The notes under the pieces were generated by a model that worked only from the letters and a program-made list of their open reading frames with translations, made no database searches and was not told the origin of the DNA. A stretch of DNA of 64,000 bases, taken from NCBI GenBank assembly GCA_051313645.2, contig JBNRSN020000029.1, forward strand, positions 40,982,001-41,046,000. The letters are read 5' to 3'. Both the position numbers and the translations under genes were made by a program. Source of the stretch: Centroscyllium fabricii. Taxonomy: Eukaryota. Numbering within the stretch: position 1 is the first letter of the stretch; each line of letters opens with the position of its first letter. This document shows, piece by piece, positions 50,110 to 61,309 of this stretch.

Positions 50110-50565
50110 AACAGTACATAGGAACATAAGAGTGGACGAAGCCCCTTCAGCTGCTCTAAACTTCCGCCATTCAATTAGATCATAACTCCATTTACACACC
50201 GTGTTTCCTTAGCTCGTCATATCATTGCCTAACAAAAATCTTTCAATTTCAGTTTTGACATTTTGCAATTTTCCTAGCCGCAGCGACATTTTTGGAGCGA
50301 GAAGAGCAGATTTCTCCTAGCCATTCTGTGAAGGAGTTCTCCTTGACATCACCAATGAACGGCCTGTCTTGAATTTTATGTTTATGCAATCTTGTTCTGG
50401 ATTTCCCCAACAGAAGGAATAAATTATCTCTCTCTACGCTATCAGCTCCATTGGGTATGTAATACACCGCAGTTAGATCACCTAAAATTCTTACATACTG
50501 AAATGAATAATTAATCTCTTTCAACCAGGTATCATTCTGCTGAATCTCCACTGTACCCGCTCCAA
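50110..50565 (-). mobile_element. old CR1 3' fragment
   Basis: RILGDLTAVY..GKSRTR on the minus strand. Confidence 0.65.
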
Positions 50566-50573
50566 AGCCAAAT

Positions 50574-50780
50574 GGCCGTATATTCCAATCCGTACTGGTG
50601 TATACGCACCGTGTGCACACCCGCAGATACATCGGAAATGCCGATTTCAGGCATGTCAAGCGCATGCGCTGAAGACCGGCAATTCCGATATGTCAAGAAT
50701 GCTCTTGACTGATCGGACACCTACCCGAGAGAAGGGCTTCTGTGGGCTGATGGTTTCGCTCACTGCAGAACCTCGGAGGA
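50574..50780. mobile_element. truncated MITE end
   Basis: aat|GGCCGTATATTCC.. followed by the reverse complement of the 520-746 terminus. Confidence 0.55.
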
Positions 50781-51750
50781 ATCATTATGGTTTCATTTTA
50801 ACTGTTTTAAATGTTATATATTATTGGATCGCACTTTCATAAAACCGTAAACACGGTTAAATCTTTAAAATTAAGCCTATTTTCAATTAAATACTGCGAT
50901 ATTTTATGCTACTGTCATTGAAACGAAACGTGAAGGCCTTCTGCAACTGTTTGCACTTATAAACGTTGTGAACAGGGTCCTTGTAATTGATTTATTTTAT
51001 TAAGATCGATTTCAAATAATGTGTAAATTATTTGGTATTACCATCTATGACTAATAAGAATACATGCATTAATAGGAATAATATCACAGCTTACGCTGCC
51101 ATTACTGAATTTTGTATATTTAATCAATTAATTAAGTGAACAAAAGAGAGCAGCAAATCGCTGAGAGTAGACATGCACAAAATGTTGAAAATATATATTG
51201 TTGGCATAATGATGTGAAGCCTTCAATATGAGAACATTCATAGATGCATTTTGAAGGAGAAGCAATTGAAACACACTAGAAGTAATTGGAGTGATGGTAG
51301 GTGACAATTTCAAAGTTATCTGCGATGCATGAACCAATCTTCTGGGGAACAGTTAGCTAGTGGAGGTGTTGTGGGGAAATAGCTTTGCGTGTGCATGATT
51401 TGGTTAATGATGTTGTCAAGGCTCCAGAACTCGAAATAGAGGCCTGGCATCGTGGGAGTTGTGAACACAGGAAAGAAAATATAAATTGAGGTGGAATGTT
51501 TGGATGATTACTTCAATATTAGCTCACGCTGGACCCACCAATAGTACTAGAGAGGAGAGATACAGAAAACAAAGTAAAACAAAAATGTACTGAAGGATAT
51601 TGAACATTAACTTATGTGTATCTAACGCCCGTGTGCACACATGGACATTTCTGTAGCAACGCCTGACTGATTGACGACACCGGCTGTACCAAATCTAGTT
51701 TTCAAGTCGTGCTGTAGCAATAAATGATATATTTATTTATCTTTACTCAC

Positions 51751-51765
51751 CACTGGCTCCACCTC
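51751..51765 (-). CDS. candidate 15-nt micro-exon (xGGAS)
   Basis: tatttattttaacag|GAGGTGGAGCCAGTG|gtgagt; strong sites, multiple of 3. Confidence 0.45.
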
Positions 51766-52149
51766 CTGTTAAAATAAATAATCATTATCATAGCAACATA
51801 TTCAATAATATCATGGCTGATCTGTACATCAAATCAATTTGTCCGCATTGCTTCCATATCCCTTACTAACAATGATCTACAGAACTCAGAGATAGAAATT
51901 GAATTAGTCCCGAAAACGGGCGGTATATCGTGCCAGCGCTATTTGCCTGCAAATTTCATGCTGCCTGCTCATTATAATGATTGGAGTGCGAATCTCAACG
52001 CCAAATGTGCTGCTGATGGGCTTAGCGCTAAATGGGGGGCCCAATATCTGGTACATTCTACTAGCCGGTAATGCTTGGCCGAGGCTCTTTAAACTACTTA
52101 AAGTGGAGGTCCGTTGTTACAGCAGCACCTCATTGTAAGTCTGTGTGAC

Positions 52150-53430
52150 GCTATGTCTCAGCAACCAAGGAAGTGAGCTCGAAAGTTATTGGAGGCTGCA
52201 CTGCAGGCCTTTGTCAAGGCCGTTAAAGGCAAGCGGGTTGTCCTATTCCTGCAGGTTGGCCGGAGGCCATCAAATGGTACATGCAGAAGGCTATGGGAGG
52301 AGATTGGTAACACCGTCACGGCCACCAACGTGGTCCCAAGGACGTGGATCCATTGCGGCAAAATGTGTAATGACCTCACGCCGCTGGTCAAGGTGAGTGA
52401 AGGCTTCAGCAAATACTATTCCACCAATTGCACCACACGCCTCATACATTGTTCAATGCACCACAACTCATTCACTCATTCAGCAATCTCCATCTATATC
52501 CACTCATACCTCAGAATCGTAGTTTCACTTCATGCTCACAACCTTGACCCTGCTGCAAAACTCAAACCTACATCTTACGCCTTGAAAAAATGGTTAGCTA
52601 TTCATCTATGGCAGGCAACGCACTGAAACCCATTGCACGTCACTATCTGACATGCATCACTTTCTCTTGAAGGCAGAAGTGGCACATAACAGGAGGGTAC
52701 AGCGGAAGACAGGGGCTGGCTAATGCAATATAAAGAATCTCACCAACTTGCAGGTTGCGTCCTTGACATAGTGGGGTGGGGCCTGGGGGTGGGGGGTGGG
52801 CGGTGGTAGTGAGGGAGACCGTGGTCTTGGGAAACTTGAAATCTTTAGCGATAGTGATGTTATGGTCATACTTAAACCTACTTTTCACATCCCATTTCCG
52901 CTGATCACAAAATCTGTTCCCACTACAACAATGACTCCACTCCAAAAGTACTTCATTAGCTGCGAAGTGCTTTGAGACGTCTGCTGGCCGTGGAAGGTGC
53001 TATATAAATGCAAGTCTTTCTTTTCTAACAAGCTGCTGATGGTGTATGGATGGATATCTTGCTTCCCCTACTCCCCTCACCACAACCCGACCCTTGTGTT
53101 TTTGTCGACTCTGATAATCAATAACTGCCAGCAGGTCAGCCTGTCCCTTAAGTTGTGGAGGAGCGTGATGGCATGGAAGAAGAAGACCCGCCATCACTAC
53201 AGCTGACACTCACAGACACCAGTTCAGAAAATGGCATAGCGTAGAATTTAGATGCCAGTATAGAGGTGGAATCTGATCATGATGAGGCAGCGGGCACGAG
53301 TGCGCTGAGCAAGGCCATGTTGAAAAGATAGCATGTTGCCAGCCCTCCCAGGGGCGATTTCATGCATGGGGTCTACTGCACACGACGCTGATGATGACCT
53401 CGATGAGTCGGCCTTCAGAAGAATAGTGCT
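52150..53430 (+). pseudogene. Harbinger-type Myb/SANT (trihelix) gene relic, spliced, with no adjacent transposase
   Basis: ALQAFVKAVKGKRVVLF..RRLWEEIG..PRTWIHCGKMCNDL..VK|gtgagt (52393); next exon after tttctcttgaag reads AEVAHNRRVQRKTG, NAIF1/MSANTD-like. Confidence 0.75.
52900..53025 (+). mobile_element. SINE 3' end with L2-type tail (Deu-SINE-like)
   Basis: CAAAAGTACTTCATT..GCTTTGAGACGT..GGTGCTATATAAATGCAAGTCTTTC. Confidence 0.55.
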
Positions 53431-54164
53431 GCTCCCTTAAAGAACACAGAAACGGTACTGGTTTGGGTAGCGCTTTCCATATGTAAGGGTGAGATATTCC
53501 TTTTGTTGCGTTGAGTGAATCTGAATGTCTGGGTGATCACAGTTTGGAATCTAGTGCGCCAGGGTCACAGGCTGATAGCAATGTTTACTCCATTTTCAAC
53601 TTTTAATTAAATTAATAGAATGCCAAATGGTACCGTCGCGATGACCCATCTTCCCCTCTAGATTGTTCTGTGTTTATTTCTCAAAAGAAGCAAATATTCG
53701 ATTGAAGTCAATGGGAAAGAAGATTTGCTGGAATGAAAAATAGGCGGCCGGTCACTTGCGCATATTATGCGCCCATTGTTGCTGCAGCCTACTGAACTTT
53801 CCATCCAGTAATATGAAGCAGCCAGTAAATTCGGCCAGGCTCTTTTATTGATTTTCTTCTCGTGCAATGTGCACGATACTGCGTGATCAATGCAGCAAGA
53901 ATGAAAACTATCCCATAGCTTCTTCAAAAGTTAAACTTAATTCATTTCAATGTTGGACTGGGCAATTGTCCTTACTGAGCAAGTAAAATAATTTTAACAG
54001 TCAGCGCAGTCATAAAACAAGGATATTGAATTCGCAGCCTAATTGATGCCTCATCTGACCACCACCCGCCCCCCTTCCATTGTGTTTGATGCAATGGAAA
54101 GTCGGGCAACGTGATAAGTGGCCAACCAATAGAAGATCACTCGGTTTATGCCATTGTGGAAAGT

Positions 54165-54865
54165 GGGCCATAATTTGCGGCCCATAAGGTTGTGTACGAG
54201 CAAGTTTCTGGGTCAGGCATGCCTCGGAGCTTGCGATCATGACAGATCATCCACATCCAAGGGAAAAGGGCCTCCATGGGTGGTGAGTTGTTCTTTTTGC
54301 TCAATTTCTGCCCAGTGAATGCCCGTGAAATTCCAACGCACGAGGCTTGGTTTTACCAGCATAAGTCCTTCATAAAACAGAAACAAATAATTCTTAGCAA
54401 TAATTTATACATTTAAAAACATGCAAAATATGATAAGTTTATTTTAGCAGGTTTTAAACATGGAAATGTATTTTACAAACAATTGCATTTTTGTTTTAAA
54501 TACTTAATTCAATGCAATTTAATTAATTTTAAATATGTGATGGATTTTTGTTTCGTTATTTGATGTGAAGGTGTATTTTTGTGGTTATTGCCATTCATAC
54601 TTGTGGCGTTTCCATACATACGGAATCCCCATAAGTCAGAATGAGGATCCCCTTCTGTTATTCGTTGGGCCGGTCCACTTGATCTCAGGGGCGCTCGCGA
54701 ACCGCCTAGGCCACTTTTATACGTGGGCCTCTTCCCGCAGGTACCCAGAGAACCCCAGGATCGGGATTCTCCGTAGATACCGAGAAACCAGGTACGTGGG
54801 CATTTTGTTTACAAATCATCGTAAGCGTTTCCCCTTGGGAAGCCTCCGACCGCAAATTCAGAGCT
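54165..54865. mobile_element. MITE copy
   Basis: GGGCCATAATTTGCGG ... CCGCAAATTCAGAGCT; internal sequence is the reverse complement of the 1-746 and 62877 copies. Confidence 0.6.
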
Positions 54866-55251
54866 AATATGGTCACTCGTGCTCTTTTATATTTTATATG
54901 CTGACAATGAAACATAGCCCAGGCCGCCGAGAAAATGGCAGGCCTCTGCTGAGATGATATATATTGGCCGAGATATTGGATATGGCCACAGAACGATGTT
55001 AAGCTGCATCAGGTCAAAATTATTTAGGTTGCTCGGGAAACTCGTACACAATCTTCATTAACATGATTTTCGTCTTGATATCAGCGCTGACACCGCTCCG
55101 TTTTGGCTTACCTATGAACAACTGAACTAATGTTGGTCCAGTCTAATTTCCAGTCATGATTGGCACAGGCTTTATTCTGTACTTTAAGGGGAGATGCACT
55201 GAAACCACAGCACCACATTGTTAATCCACTTGCTCCTTCACCTGGAAGAAG

Positions 55252-57540
55252 ATGGCATTGGAAGCGCATGACTGAGCCTCAGAGAAAGGGACGGGTCTGC
55301 AGATTCTAACATACAGCTCTTGAGACATTGGTCGCGACCGTGCAGCTGAGCTGTGCTGTCCTGTTCCAGCATACAGGTATCAAAATGTCACAACAGAATC
55401 TTGAAGATTCTGGCTGTAGCTATCTGCCGACCGCCAACACTGGGATCACCAGGTCGGCTATCCCGTGCGAAATGACGTTTACTGTCCCCACACGGGAGGT
55501 CAAGTTGTGTGAAGGTTTCAGCAAATGCCAAACCTGTCTATAAGCACCAGACGCCTCACACAGTGCTCAAAGTATCAGGCCACCAGAACGCACCTTCGAA
55601 TAATCTCCTCCTATCTCCAATCAGTCCTCAGAACCAGAGCTTCACTTCATCCTCACAAACGTGCTACTGTTGCAAAACTCACACTCACATTTCACACGTT
55701 GCACAGAATGAAAGCTATTCAACTATGGCAGGAACATCACCAAACCACATTGCGCCACACTCACTCACACACTTCCCTTTCTCTTGCAGACCTAGGTCGC
55801 GTATAACAGGAGAGAACAGTGGCATACAGGCCAGATGAGGAGTGTGGCGGGGGGAGCTGCTATCCAGGACCTCACTTACCTGGAGGAATGATTGCTGGAG
55901 ATAATGGAGTGCCAGATCTTGGATGCTGTGGCAATCGGCGAGGTTGACGCGCCTGGGGACCAGTCAATGCACGTTTCTAATCCTTCTTGTCACCTCCACG
56001 TTCCTGCTCATCCCACGATCTCTTGGTACTTCCAATCTGCTGATGTTGTGGGCATGCATATATTGCGTTCACCCTCCCCTCACCATAATCCTGTTCTTGG
56101 GACTAGGGACAGGGCCACTGGCAAGGCTTGGAAGCTAAGCAGAGTCAGGCCTGGTTAGTTCTTGGATGGGAGACTACCAGGTGCAGAAGGTCACGAAAGG
56201 AGCCTCGGGGAGGGGCGGTTGGCTGAAGATTGTTGGAATGATGGAAAGATGGAATGGCGGCACGCACAGACGCAGCGGCTTTGCTGGACTCTTGGGAGCT
56301 TGCAAGATCACATTTCGTTGTTCATGTACGTGTACATTATATAATGACAATAAAGTTGAATTATTATTATTATTAATAATCTGTTCTCTTGCGCATATCG
56401 GATTTCAGCTAAACAAAACAAAGCACCCGATAAACCTGTCCCCGAGGCGATGCAGGAGAGTGAGGGGTCAGGGGAAGACAAAGATGAAGAAGACACAGCC
56501 TTAACCTGTCTCCTGCAGCTCAGAAGCGGGCGCTGCGCATACATTAGAGGCTGAAAGAGAAATGGGATCTGCACAGATTGAGGCACCGTGCATCAAGTGG
56601 GCTGCAGCAAGGACAGAGGGAAAGGGTAGCTCGTAGCCAGCTTGCCGAGGCACGAGTTCGTGCATGGGTTCGGCTGCAAAGTACTGAGAAGGGGATCTAG
56701 ATGAGGCAGCCTTCAGCAGAAGGGTGATGGACATGCACACCGAACTACTAGGTGCAATGGCAGGCCTGCCACTGAGCCTCTTGACTATATCAAGGAGCAT
56801 GGAGGAGTCGCACTCCAACAATACATGGGGCTTTGCACAGAGCTCGGTGCTCAGGATTTCCAACCTGGAAATGATGGAAATTCCCGAAGATACTGTGTTG
56901 AACCAGACGTGACGCTGTGTAATGGGTGATGTTTTGGCTGCCATTGCAGCACAGTCGGAAACAACCCAATGTCTTAGTAAAGCAGCGTAAATGAAGAACA
57001 CTCTCTGGAAGACTCAACTTGCTCAGACTCAAGATCAGACTGCTCTCAAGTAACCTCAGCTTGCTGCTGCGCAAGGTCAGACAGAAGCTTTCGTGTCGGG
57101 GTTTACCTGTGTCGCCCAGAGCTTACGTGGTGTCGTTGCAGTCGAGCAAAATGTGATCCAACCGATTTCTAAGAATTCTGTGGCGGTACTCCGGGTAATG
57201 GAAATTGGTCAGTGGAACAGGGGCCTGCTGTCCTCTCTCAGGATGAGAGCATTCCTCTTCCCATTATTGCCACCACAACATTGCTCTTGCCACTGCCTGT
57301 CATCCAGCCAGCCCAGACTCCCACCGTCCATGCCGTGATATACCAGTCTACAGTTGGACTTTCTAGGGATAGAGCGGCTGAAGGCCGTCCTGCAAGGCAA
57401 TATGAAGTCTCCCCATGGAATTTCAGCAGCCTTCTACCAGCCATGCTACAGCACAGGGCCAACACTTCGTTGGAGCACTAGATCACAAAAGGACACCCTG
57501 ACTACAGGCACTAAGGGATTGCACACATATGATATGAAAT
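55252..57540 (+). pseudogene. Harbinger Myb/SANT-like gene relic
   Basis: RF..TALETLVATVQLSCAVLF exon; exon after ttctcttgcag (about 55789) reads VAYNRREQ..TG; later MDMHTELLGAMAGLP..ISRSMEES. Homologous to the 52150 relic. Confidence 0.65.
56127..56190 (+). pseudogene. 5S rRNA-derived fragment (internal control region)
   Basis: CTTGGAAGCTAAGCAGAGTCAGGCCTGGTTAGTTCTTGGATGGGAGAC versus vertebrate 5S CTCGGAAGCTAAGCAGGGTCGGGCCTGGTTAGTACTTGGATGGGAGAC; 5' part of 5S absent. Confidence 0.85.
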
Positions 57541-57673
57541 AATTGATTTTGCATACAAATATTAATTTTGTTTCGTGGCTTACATTTCAGCTTTGTGCCC
57601 CGCAGGACGGGTTGATACTCTCTGACAGAGAGATGATTAGGATGTTGGGAGCAACGGGGTTCTTGGGTTTCAT

Positions 57674-58824
57674 TCATTGGAATCGGAGTCTAAAGCGGCG
57701 TTCACGGAGAGCCTGTCCAGAGGGGGGTTTGGCTGCCTGTCTTACCCTTTCTTCCTTGTCCTATTCCTCTTCATCCTCCTCCTCTCCTTCGATCTCCTCC
57801 TGACGTGATCCCGTGAACCTTGGTGGCAAAGGCTGTGCAATCATGATGGCCAAGCTGTGTAAGATGCAGCAGACTACAAGAACATTTGACACCCGCTCCA
57901 CCGAGTACTGGAGCTCACCGGCAGAGCGGTCAAGGCAGATGAACAATTGCATCAGCCACCGCATGGTCTGTTCTAGGTGAATTCTGGTGATGATGGCTCT
58001 CATTATATAAGTGCTGGACACGAGTGGTGGGGGGTTGCTGAGTGGAGTACTTAGCCAGTGAATATGGGATAGCCCTGTTTTCCGAGCAACCAACCTCGAG
58101 TTGTTTTTGGTGGCTGGATGATTTTTGGCTGGCACACGGCACTGAAGCAGGGTGTAGGCTTCATGACTCCTGCCAGGATAGCAGGCGATGACCAGCAGGA
58201 ACCGGTGGGCGTGGTCGCACATAAGCTGCACAATAATTGATTGATAGACTTTGCAGATACGGAAGTTCTCAGGATTGTTATGCAGCTTCTGAAAAACATC
58301 GTGGGCGCAATTAATGATGCCCAGCCCGATGTGAAATTCTGCTATCCTGCCAAAGTCACATGTTCGCTCCTCTTGCTTCTGTCTGCTCAGAGAACAAAAT
58401 GTTTTGCCTTCTCCTGTGTAGAGAGAGCCGCTGTCCTCACTGATGCAGCGATGGATGGTGAACTGGGAAATATTAGCATGCATCCTGCGGCAGACTGGTA
58501 GGATCCACTGGTGAAGAAATTAATTTCCACAGTGTCCTTAACTATCTTTGGTCCTGTTCTGTTCGCCCTGCTCTTGGGCTGCAGGTCTGGTTGCAGCACA
58601 TAGCAGTTCTGTGTCCACCTTCTGGCTGAAGTGGAACCACCAAATTCACTGGTTTTCTTTCAAATGGATATAAGACAAGTGCTCTCGGAAACCCGTAACT
58701 GTGTATGGCCTCGTTATAGCAATCCTCCTCCATCCTCTGCACGTATTTTCTTGTCTTCTTCACTACCTTAACTTCCTCTCCCGAAGGTAACCAAGCACGA
58801 AGGGAAAGCAAGTATAGCCCCCAT
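57674..58824 (-). pseudogene. Harbinger (HARBI1-like) DDE transposase relic
   Basis: FFTSGSYQ..ISQFTIHRCI, GIINCAH (GAIDCTH), YQSIIVQLMCD, YPGRSHEAY (PGSxHD), WLLGKQGYP (LLGDxGY), EQTMRWLMQLFICLDRSAGELQYS, CCILHSLA. Frameshifted; catalytic Asp residues changed. Confidence 0.9.
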
Positions 58825-58925
58825 GACTGTGAGCAAGGTTTTTGATCAGAAGCCTTAAAATAACAAAGGCGTTCTCCACTTGCAACAACACTCCCACATA
58901 CCCAAGAAACTTGAAAAAAGTTAAT

Positions 58926-59672
58926 GGCCCACAAATTAGGTTGCCAACGCATGATTACCCGCTGAATACTCATGCGTAGACCCAAGGAAAGTGCCGGTTT
59001 TGTACATGCACTGCGTATGCGTGGGAAACGGGAACTTCCGTTCCCCTAAAAGAAGGCATTCAGAGCTGGAACGCTTGCACGGTAGAGGCAGTGTCTGCAC
59101 ATCGAGCTTACATTTGTTTACAGGTTTTTCTGGGACGGTAAGCCTGCAGAAGTTACACAAGTAAAAAGCAGTCCTATGGCCTGCTTTTAACAAGGTAAGT
59201 TTTGAATTCATTTTAATTAAAGCATTTTCCACAGGTTTATTATGTCTAAATTTATTAAGGAAAGGTAACTTCATTTTTAGCTCCGTTAGAAAAATTAATT
59301 AGTTTTTTCAAGGATTAAAATTTTTCTTTAAATATTTATTTCATGTAATTTAGAGTTACTGTAAAGTTGCGATTTTTAAAATGTATTTGAAGTGTTTTGG
59401 GGCTTATAGAATTTCGTATTTTGACAGCTGTTCCTGTCAATTTTATGAATCGGCACTTCCCTGCTACCATTGCCTCTCCATGGCCCACGTGATCCCAGGG
59501 GAACGCATGGAACTAACTGCGCCGCTGGGATACGCAAGCACTGCGTGCCGGCAGTTGGACAATGCCCCAAATCGCAATCCCACACGGGCCCAATGCACAA
59601 CGGCCGATGCGCTAGGTACGTGCAGGTCGGATGCTTGTACCTGCGGGAATCCTCCGACCGAAATTCTGGGCC
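58926..59672. mobile_element. MITE with AAT target duplication, inserted in the Harbinger element
   Basis: AAT|GGCCCACAAATTAGG ... CCGAAATTCTGGGCC|AAT. Confidence 0.78.
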
Positions 59673-60414
59673 AATATAACTGCTGAAGTTGCAGAAAGTT
59701 GCACAGAGCCAGTCAAATTACACACCCATGTCATGTGCAAGTTGTTGCTGATGATCGCACTTTTAACAGCTGCTGGAGCTTCCTTCCCTTTTGCCAATGC
59801 TTACTCAGCTCGTCACTCTTAAGGCAAGCCAGTAAGTGGAGCGGTGAAGTCGCACATCACTGACGTCGTCATGTGGATTATCTCCATAACTGTGGTGAGC
59901 GCTAACTTAGGCATCGCAGCGGCTATCTGAAAATGACGGCCACCGTGGGACCCGCCTGCAGCGGGCGGAAGTATCCCTGCTGCCATCTCTCCCTGAATCT
60001 GGTTGTAATGGTGGAGCTAAACCCCCAAATTTCTGAAAGCACTTGTTCACTGTGGGACAGCAGAGTATATTACAGTAAGAGGAGGAGAGAGCCAACACAA
60101 ATTCGAATTGGTTCTGTCTCACACCCTTCTTCGACTTCCGGTCTATTAGTAATAAAATTAAGAAAAGAGTGTAAAATACTGAAACTGAAGACACTAAGGC
60201 CTAGAAATTCCACGCGGGCGGTGGCGCACAATGTGCGACATTGTATCTGCCACGTGTTATCGTCAGCGATTGATATTAAGTTGCATTGCACTTCAATGTG
60301 TATGGTCGCAGTTGATGTAGTTCTGCGGCCACCTCCAAAGTGATCAAAACAAGGTACACAGTGAAATGTCGAATGTTTCAGAAATTATTTTTAAGAGAAA
60401 TATTTTAGTCTTAC

Positions 60415-60438
60415 CTGACGTCGATGTTGACTTCAGTT
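60415..60438 (-). CDS. candidate 24-nt micro-exon (ELKSTSTS)
   Basis: tgttcattttcag|AACTGAAGTCAACATCGACGTCAG|gtaaga; strong sites, open in phase 1. Confidence 0.5.
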
Positions 60439-60766
60439 CTGAAAATGAACATTGGGCTGATTTGTTTTGGTTATTTCGGTAGACCTTGTCATTTTGCGCT
60501 CGGTAGTGATACCGAGTCGACACCCACGTTATCGCTTTTCGGACTTTTCTTTCCATTGCTTTCCATTGAGAGCAATGAAAATATAAATCGGGAGAGATAT
60601 ATTCGCTATGATAAATGGCTGTACATTTTATTTCTCAACAAACCACATTTGCAAATAATACGTATTTAAAACAGCACTTAAAAAAAATAACAATATTGAT
60701 AAAGATAATAGCCCTGAATTCATAATTGAAATTATGTCACAATTTCAGAATAAGCCATTATATCAC

Positions 60767-60808
60767 CTTTCAGATTGACCGCATGTTCAGAATTTCCGCA
60801 ATAGTGAT
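60767..60808 (-). CDS. candidate 42-nt exon (xHYCGNSEHAVNLK)
   Basis: aatttaacag|ATCAC..CTGAAAG|gtgata; multiple of 3, open in phase 1; weaker sites. Confidence 0.3.
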
Positions 60809-61309
60809 CTGTTAAATTTCTAATAAACAAATGGTTCGCTGCGCCTTTCATCTCCTCATAAAAACACACATGCTGGGGAAACTTGGGATAATTTCCCACC
60901 TACTTCGAAGTAATTATTTTGTTTTTTTTTACATCTGCTGAAAACAAGCACAGGATGCCTGCTGCACAGGCCAGGAGGTTCGGATGAGAATATTTTATAA
61001 CAAAAGGATCTGTAACAAGGTAATTCTATAATGGGAGATTTCATTTAAGAGGTTATCAAAGTTAAGTGTTTTTCAGCACAAAAGCATTAAGTGAATGTTT
61101 AGCAACCTTTTTTAATGAGAAGTTAATGATCTGCATGTGTTTCTGTGTGTGTGCGCATTACACACGTCCACAGTGTTCTCTATTCCTCTCACGTTGTTAT
61201 TCTTCAGGAACTACAGGGTTTTCCAATGTTAGCCCTTTCATCTTCCCCTCCCCATTTTAGCAAATGTAAATGCAGTAAAAACTATTTGATGCAGAAATAG
61301 ATTTACCTC

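Larger units (their letters stand above)
55180..60035. mobile_element. decayed two-gene PIF/Harbinger DNA transposon (ends approximate)
   Basis: Myb/SANT relic on + converges with a DDE transposase relic on -; interrupted by inserts at 56127-56375 and 58926-59672. TIRs not confidently located. Confidence 0.8.

Noticed and set aside
56127-56190. Functional 5S rRNA gene
   Set aside because: 5' part missing, internal deletion, no T-run terminator, not in an array.
57761-58483. Functional host HARBI1 gene
   Set aside because: Frameshifts, altered catalytic motifs and the paired Myb relic indicate a decayed transposon.
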